NCBI GenBank assembly: GCA_041664925.1
Contig: JBAYJV010000002.1
Location: 200,302 to 264,301 of the forward strand
Direction: 5' to 3'
From: Minisyncoccota bacterium
GTDB taxonomy: Bacteria > Patescibacteriota > Minisyncoccia > JBAYJV01
DNA: 64,000 bases
A model generated the notes under the pieces. It was not told the DNA's origin, did not search any database, and worked only from the letters and a program-made list of their open reading frames with translations. Below are positions 58,552-64,000 of the stretch, piece by piece. The position numbers were made by a program, and so were the translations under genes. Position 1 is the stretch's first letter. Each line of letters begins with the position of its first letter.

Positions 58552-59032
58552 GCTTAGAAATGAATGGTCTTCTCCGGCTTTGCTGGTGAGGAAAGTCCGA
58601 ACACCGCCAATTTTGTCTTTGAGTGATAGCGAAAAGAAACAAAATTGAGCGTCTCGCCATAGTTCCGGTTCACCGGAACGTAGGCGGACACCCGCCTTTG
58701 TCTTACAGACTTCGGCGAGGTCTCGATTCTGTATCTTCGCTGCGCTTCAGACAGAATTGGAAATGGACAGTGGCTAACGGCCACCGCCCCGGCTTGCCGG
58801 GGTAGGGAAAGTACCACAGAAACAATACATCCGCCCTCGGGTGGATAGGTGAAAAGTGAGGTTTAATAAATCTCTCGACACATAAGTGATTATGCGTTGC
58901 GGCAAACCCTGTCCGGTGCAACCCCGGTATAACCGGGGGCTTGATTCATAGTAATGTGAATCAGAGGCTCTGTCGCAAGACAGGCTCTAGATAAATGACC
59001 AATAAACAGAATTCGGCTTATCATTTTTGAGC
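58552..59032 (+). ncRNA. rnpB: RNase P RNA with large insertion
   Basis: GAGGAAAGTCC, GGAAAGTACCACAGAAA, GGTGAAA, GGCAAACCC..GGTGCAA, TAGATAAATG, AACAGAATTCGGCTTA; P1 GCTTAGAAATGA/TCATTTTTGAGC; promoter TTGACA-N17-TAAAAT at 58517-58545. Confidence 0.95.
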
Positions 59033-59130
59033 AAAATAACAAAAAGATCTCGCAAAACCTGCGGGATTTTTTTGCATCGTCATTCTGGCGTCACGACAAA
59101 ATCAAAGAGAAAAGAGTTCTATGTTTGCAT

Positions 59131-59217
59131 GTCATTCTGAATGGTTCGATAAACTCACTATAAATTCCATGAAGAATCTCGAGATCCTTCGGTCGCCTAA
59201 GGCGACCTCAGAATGAC
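59131..59217. repeat. GTCATTCTGA...TCAGAATGAC REP-like element with nested units
   Basis: Terminal 10-bp inverted repeat, GAAGAATCTC/GAGATCCTTC, GGTCGCCTAAGGCGACC hairpin. Confidence 0.85.
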
Positions 59218-59369
59218 ATAGAAAAGATCTATGCTGATATTAGACAAAATATTATTTGACAAAAAATAAATAATACTATAAGATACAATCAGTTCCTTAA
59301 AAAAGGAGCACTTAGCCCAGCGCCCGGCCGGCTAAAAATAGGTGGGGCAAGAATACTAAGGAGGTTGGC

Positions 59370-60371
59370 ATGACAGCCAACGAGAGAAAAGGGGAAAGAA
59401 AAAGGTGGCAAGAGGATCGAGAAAAGTATTGGCCTCTTGATAGGTATGAAAGTTTTACATCTTGGGATGATGTTTTAGAGAATTTTGACCCAAACAAAAT
59501 AGGCATGGAAGCAGCTATGGGCATTCTCCATGGAATGGCTCGCTTGCCTATATTGCCTGATCGATTTGGACCCAATATTGAAGCATCCTTTAGAAGACTA
59601 GCTTTCTATCTCCATTGTGCTGAATACGGAGGAGAAGGATTATCTGCAATCCATGGCGGATTCGTTCCAGAATACTATTTAAGATCCATGGCTTATGATC
59701 GTCTTGTCTCTTCACCAAGCATTATGCTTCACAATGATTTGTTGAGATACAGTACTAGTCCTAGTCCGCTTATAGGAGAAAATCTTGAGATTTACAAGGA
59801 TTTTGTTGAGCTTCTACACTTGACTCTTGATTTCTTTTCAAGACCAGGAAACCGACCTGTAAAACCGAAACACAAGAAAGATATTGCTTCTTTCTTTCGA
59901 GAAGTTCTTGGTTTGGATCTTGAACATAGCAATCTCCGACAAGAACTTAGAATATCTTCTGCTGAGCTCGATAAAAATGCCACAGAAATCAGAGAAAAAG
60001 CGATTAAGGCAACGGTTAATTGCCGTCTCTACGAGTTAATTGTAGAGAAAAAGCTTTTTGAAGCGCTAGATTCTTTGCTTCAATCGGCTTTCCGAGAAGA
60101 AGAGATGGGATTTTCTCAAAACGCTATAAGTTTCATAATGGCCATTCCTCCTGAGAAAAGAAAAGAATTTGCAAGTATGCTTTCTAAGATTAAAATCGAA
60201 GTTGATTCTGCCTCAAGTGCTTGGCTTGCACTCTGGGCAATGAAGAATGCACCAGAAGAGGAGACTCATCGTCATCACAGACAAATGACCATAGAAGATG
60301 GTTCTCCAAGTTTCCGTCCAGACATAGATACTTCTCGTGAAATTGAAAATACTGGAGGAAGCGATAGTTAA
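59370..60371 (+). CDS. hypothetical protein
   Basis: TTGACA promoter, GTTCCTTAAAA, AAGGAGG SD, terminator CCCGCACT..AGTGCGGG-A-T7. Confidence 0.8.
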   Translation: MTANERKGERKRWQEDREKYWPLDRYESFTSWDDVLENFDPNKIGMEAAMGILHGMARLPILPDRFGPNIEASFRRLAFYLHCAEYGGEGLSAIHGGFVPEYYLRSMAYDRLVSSPSIMLHNDLLRYSTSPSPLIGENLEIYKDFVELLHLTLDFFSRPGNRPVKPKHKKDIASFFREVLGLDLEHSNLRQELRISSAELDKNATEIREKAIKATVNCRLYELIVEKKLFEALDSLLQSAFREEEMGFSQNAISFIMAIPPEKRKEFASMLSKIKIEVDSASSAWLALWAMKNAPEEETHRHHRQMTIEDGSPSFRPDIDTSREIENTGGSDS

Positions 60372-60525
60372 GTAATCTTTCCCGCACTCAGCGTAGTGCG
60401 GGATTTTTTTGTCATCATTACTATTGACAAAGACAGTTTTATGCGGTAAAATAGGGAAGTGTAAAAATGGTTATATAAATGCTAAAATCTTTAGAATGTA
60501 TTGGAAAAAGTTATTAATTTTTTAA

Positions 60526-61917
60526 ATGAAAAGTTCAAATTTTATATATAGCGCACTAAAAATTCCGATTGATTTTGTAATGATTCTTTTGGCAGGCATT
60601 ACTGCTTACTTTTTGCGTTTTGCGCCGATTTTCACAAAAATCAAGCCGATTCTTTTCAATTTAACAATTGAAACCTATTTGCCATATCTTGTTTTTGGAA
60701 CTGTTTTCACCCTTTTGGTTTTTGCTTTTGCCGGTCTATATCAAGCAAAGCCATTGCGCGTTATTGAAGAATTTTTCAGAATTACCGTTGCTACCGCAGC
60801 CTCTCTTTTGGTGATTAACTTTTCCGCCTATTTGAGCCAGATTTTCTTTGAATCTCGTTTTATATTTATTGGTACTTGGATTTTAGGCGTGCTATTTGTC
60901 GTTCTTGGCAGAAGCGGATTGAAATTTACCAGACACCATTTGGCAAAAAAATATAAAATCGGCCTTAACCGAGTCGTAATTATCGGCGACAATGATATTA
61001 CTCAGGAAATTAAAAATTATATAAAGAAAAATCTTGCTTTAGGCTATCAGATCGTCAAAACTTTTAAAAAGGTTGATTTAAAAAAATTAGAAAAAGAAAT
61101 CAATAAAGATAATGTTGATGATTTAATTCTTGCCAATTCTCATCCTTCACGTAAACAGATCATGGAACTTTTTAATCTTTGTTCTCAAAAATCGATCACG
61201 TTTCGTTTCGCCCCAACAAATTTTCAGGCGTTGACTGCAGGGCTTGAAATGGAAACATTAGGAGGATTACCACTGCTTGAAGCAAAAAGAACGCCAATCG
61301 AGGGTTGGCGCAGAGTTACTAAGAGAATTTTCGATCTTATTTTTGGAAGCATTCTTTTAATATTATTAAGTCCATTATTCCTTGTTGTGTCAATGCTTAT
61401 TAAGTGGGATTCTGAAGGGTCAATTTTTGCCCGCATGCCTCATCGTGTTGGCAGGGGAGAGGAAGTTTTTTTCATGTATAAATTCAGGTCAATGATTAAG
61501 AATGCTTATAAACTTAAGGATGAGCTAATGAAATTCAATGAGCGCGAAAATGGCAAGGGACCATTATTTAAAATGAAAAATGATCCAAGAGTGACTAGGA
61601 TAGGGAGATTTTTAAGAAAGTTTAGAATTGATGAATTTCCTCAATTAATTAATGTTGTCAAAGGAGAAATGAGCCTTGTCGGTCCAAGAGCGCATGAAAT
61701 TGAAGAAGTCGCTTTGTACCGCAAAGCCTATAAAGCAGTCTTAGTTATCAAGCCTGGTATTACAGGATTAGCTCAGATTAGCGGATCATCAGACCTTCCT
61801 TTTCATGAAGAAAACAAGCTTGATTTATATTACATTGAGCATTGGTCTTTGTGGCTTGATATAAAAATTTTAATAAAAACTTTTGTCTTCATATTTATTG
61901 ATCGATCAGCGTGCTAA
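60526..61917 (+). CDS. polyprenyl-phosphate hexose-1-phosphate transferase (WcaJ/CpsE-like)
   Basis: N-terminal TMs, KRIFDL, KFRSM, DPRVTRIGRFLRK..IDEFPQL, GEMSLVGPR, KPGITGLAQ. Confidence 0.95.
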   Translation: MKSSNFIYSALKIPIDFVMILLAGITAYFLRFAPIFTKIKPILFNLTIETYLPYLVFGTVFTLLVFAFAGLYQAKPLRVIEEFFRITVATAASLLVINFSAYLSQIFFESRFIFIGTWILGVLFVVLGRSGLKFTRHHLAKKYKIGLNRVVIIGDNDITQEIKNYIKKNLALGYQIVKTFKKVDLKKLEKEINKDNVDDLILANSHPSRKQIMELFNLCSQKSITFRFAPTNFQALTAGLEMETLGGLPLLEAKRTPIEGWRRVTKRIFDLIFGSILLILLSPLFLVVSMLIKWDSEGSIFARMPHRVGRGEEVFFMYKFRSMIKNAYKLKDELMKFNERENGKGPLFKMKNDPRVTRIGRFLRKFRIDEFPQLINVVKGEMSLVGPRAHEIEEVALYRKAYKAVLVIKPGITGLAQISGSSDLPFHEENKLDLYYIEHWSLWLDIKILIKTFVFIFIDRSAC

Positions 61918-61999
61918 TCGAAGTCCCTAATAAGTAGACAAAAAAAGAAAAATGAGTAAGCTATAAAGTGAACTCATTTTTTGTTTTCATATTATATAA

Positions 62000-63115
62000 A
62001 TGAAAGTCGCTTTGTTTCATGATTATTTAGTCCAATATGGAGGCGCTGAGCGTGTATTGGAAAAGCTTATGGAGCTTTATCCAAGCGCGCCCATTTATAC
62101 TCTTTTATATGATCCTGATTCTTTAGCGCCGGATTTTCAGAAATTACTTCAAAAAAGAAAGATTATAACTTCGTCGCTTCAAAGATTTCCTTTTTCCAAA
62201 AAACGCCATAGGCTTTATCCGCTTTTTATGCCTTATATGGTGGAGCAGTTTGATTTTTCAGAGTTTGATATAGTCATCTCAGATACGACCGGTTTTGGAA
62301 AAGGATTGATTCTAAAACCGCAGACGCTTCATGTTTGTTATTGCCACACTCCGCTCAGGTATGCTTGGGATGATTCTCAAAGATACATTAAAGAATACCG
62401 ACATTTTTTTCTCCTGCGACCGTTTGTTAGATTGGGTGTTCATTATTTAAGAATTTGGGATAGGCAGGCAGCCCAGAGAGTTGATTTGTTTTTAACCAAC
62501 TCTGAATTTGTTAGAAAGCGCATTCAGAAATATTACAGAAGAGATGCTAAGGTTATATACCCACCCGTTGAAACTGAAAAGTTAGCGCCATCAAAAAAAA
62601 TCAAAAACTACTATTTGTTAGTAAATAGACTATTGCCTTATAAAAAAACAGAAATCGCCATTAAAGCTTTTAATGAACTTGGATTGCCTTTAATTATTAT
62701 CGGAAGAGGACCAGAACTGAGAGCTCTTAAAAAAAGCGCGAAAAAAAATATTATGTTTTTGGGGAATATTTACGGCGATAATTTGAAAAAAATATATTCC
62801 AGTTGCAAGGCGTTTATTTTCCCCCAAGAAGAAGATTTTGGTATTGCTCCGGTTGAAGTTATGGCTTCCGGCAGACCGGTAATTGCTTATAAGGGTGGTG
62901 GCGCTCTTGAAACGATTAAAGATAGAGTCAATGGTATCTTTTTTAAAGATCAGACTTCAGAAAGCTTGGTGGGAGCCATAAGAAAATTTGAAAAAATGAC
63001 ATTTTCCTGGCAAGATATTATAAAATCAGTAAAAAGATTTGACGAATCAGTTTTTAAAAAAGAAGTGAAAAAATTCGTAAAAGAAGAATGGAAAAAATTT
63101 ATTAAACAGTGGTAA
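62000..63115 (+). CDS. GT4 glycosyltransferase
   Basis: HDYLVQYGGAERV, YCHTP.RYAW, EEDFGIAPVEVMASG.PVIA. Confidence 0.93.
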   Translation: MKVALFHDYLVQYGGAERVLEKLMELYPSAPIYTLLYDPDSLAPDFQKLLQKRKIITSSLQRFPFSKKRHRLYPLFMPYMVEQFDFSEFDIVISDTTGFGKGLILKPQTLHVCYCHTPLRYAWDDSQRYIKEYRHFFLLRPFVRLGVHYLRIWDRQAAQRVDLFLTNSEFVRKRIQKYYRRDAKVIYPPVETEKLAPSKKIKNYYLLVNRLLPYKKTEIAIKAFNELGLPLIIIGRGPELRALKKSAKKNIMFLGNIYGDNLKKIYSSCKAFIFPQEEDFGIAPVEVMASGRPVIAYKGGGALETIKDRVNGIFFKDQTSESLVGAIRKFEKMTFSWQDIIKSVKRFDESVFKKEVKKFVKEEWKKFIKQW

Positions 63116-63117
63116 TC

Positions 63118-63726
63118 ATGGAACTAAAAGAAATTTTTAAAATTATTCAAAAAGAGTGGAAATTAATTTGTGGCATTGTTTTTGCATTATTAATTTTGGC
63201 TGTTTTGGTTTTGGCAACACAAAAAGAAAGATACGAAGTAAATTTTTCTCTTTTAATTTCCCAATCGCAAACCCAAAAAACAAGTGAATTTAAATATGAT
63301 ACTTACTATGCACTTGAAGCAAAAGATAAAATAGGAGATTATGTTGTCGCTTTTTTGAAATCTCCGGAAAACGTCAGTGCTATCCTTGAAAAAGCCCAGT
63401 TTAAATATTCAAAACTTAGGATTTATGATTTGCGAACATTTTTCAGGCCATATAAGGCATCGGCTCAAAGCATTGGTGTAATTTTTTATTTGAAAAATCC
63501 CGAATTTGCAAAAAACATCACAAACGGTTTGCTGGAAATAGTGAATAGTAACTTAGAAAAAACTTATATCCCCAAAGAAGATGATACAAGATTTGAAATA
63601 AAATCAACCAATCCATTAGTTTCTCTTCAAAAAACAAGAACGGTTTTAACGCTTATAATTGTTCTTGTGGTTGGTTCATTATTTTCAATTCTTATCGCTC
63701 TCTTTAAAAATTATCTTTCTTTATAG
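63118..63726 (+). CDS. Wzz/CpsC-like chain-length regulator
   Basis: MELKEIFKII..EWKLI, TM segments at both ends, in EPS locus. Confidence 0.7.
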   Translation: MELKEIFKIIQKEWKLICGIVFALLILAVLVLATQKERYEVNFSLLISQSQTQKTSEFKYDTYYALEAKDKIGDYVVAFLKSPENVSAILEKAQFKYSKLRIYDLRTFFRPYKASAQSIGVIFYLKNPEFAKNITNGLLEIVNSNLEKTYIPKEDDTRFEIKSTNPLVSLQKTRTVLTLIIVLVVGSLFSILIALFKNYLSL

Positions 63727-63810
63727 AACAAGGTTTGTACTTTAAAAATCTTGACAAAGAAGAAATATAGATTATAATTATGACAGTTCTTCAAAAGTCA
63801 AGGAGGAATA

Positions 63811-64000
63811 ATGTCCTTTGAAAAGGGCCAAAAAACCACAGAAGCAGAAATCAAAAAGGCCGGATTTAAACTAAGACAAGGTTCCATGATTAAAATCTTC
63901 ACAAGAAAAACAGGAAAGAAAATCAAAGACGAAGATTCTGGAAATATGGTACCTGAAGTAGAAATGATTATGTATAGCACACGTAGTCAAAGAATCTTTC
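63811..64000 (+). CDS. hypothetical protein, truncated by window end
   Basis: TTGACA/TATAAT promoter, GTTCTTCAAAA, AAGGAGG SD, open frame MSFEKGQKTTEAEIKKAGFKLRQG... Confidence 0.7.
   Translation, partial: MSFEKGQKTTEAEIKKAGFKLRQGSMIKIFTRKTGKKIKDEDSGNMVPEVEMIMYSTRSQRIF

Noticed and set aside
58554-58921. Three short ORFs at 58554-58921
   Set aside because: They lie inside the RNase P RNA gene.
1-64000. Prophage, IS element, integron integrase, reverse transcriptase/DGR or alternative genetic code
   Set aside because: No recognisable structural, transposase, recombinase or RT ORF; conserved genes are full length under code 11 and several end in TGA (ahcY, tdk, amrS).

Overview
AT-rich bacterial chromosome segment whose gene content and style point to a Patescibacteria/CPR (Parcubacteria-like) genome; this assignment is inferred, not tested. 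Housekeeping genes include rpoD-dnaG, tmk, trpS, fmt, ftsQ-like, htrA, tgt, ahcY, tdk, glycerate kinase/ppsA/eno, iscS-iscU-fdx-AmmeMemoRadiSam, rnpB and the start of an EPS locus. Interleaved with them are a BcgI-like restriction-modification pair and many stand-alone ORFan expression cassettes. Most interesting: (1) ORFan cassettes built on a common chassis (sigma70 promoter, boxA-like GTTCTTTAAAA, strong GGAGG, intrinsic terminator) while core genes lack SD sequences, including two unrelated ORFs with near-identical promoter and terminator; (2) four ORF-free promoter-to-terminator units that look like structured ncRNA genes, two sharing a GACG-loop domain; (3) two paralogous unknown genes sharing a covarying, switch-like 5' leader; (4) an Elp3 plus Trm9/ALKBH8-like methyltransferase pair suggesting a bacterial mcm5U34 pathway; (5) several REP-like micro-elements nested inside one another, with filled and empty alleles visible, plus 7-nt periodic repeats inside coding sequences and an enlarged RNase P RNA. 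No tRNA, rRNA, CRISPR array, transposase or integrase was recognised. All calls were made by eye without database searches.
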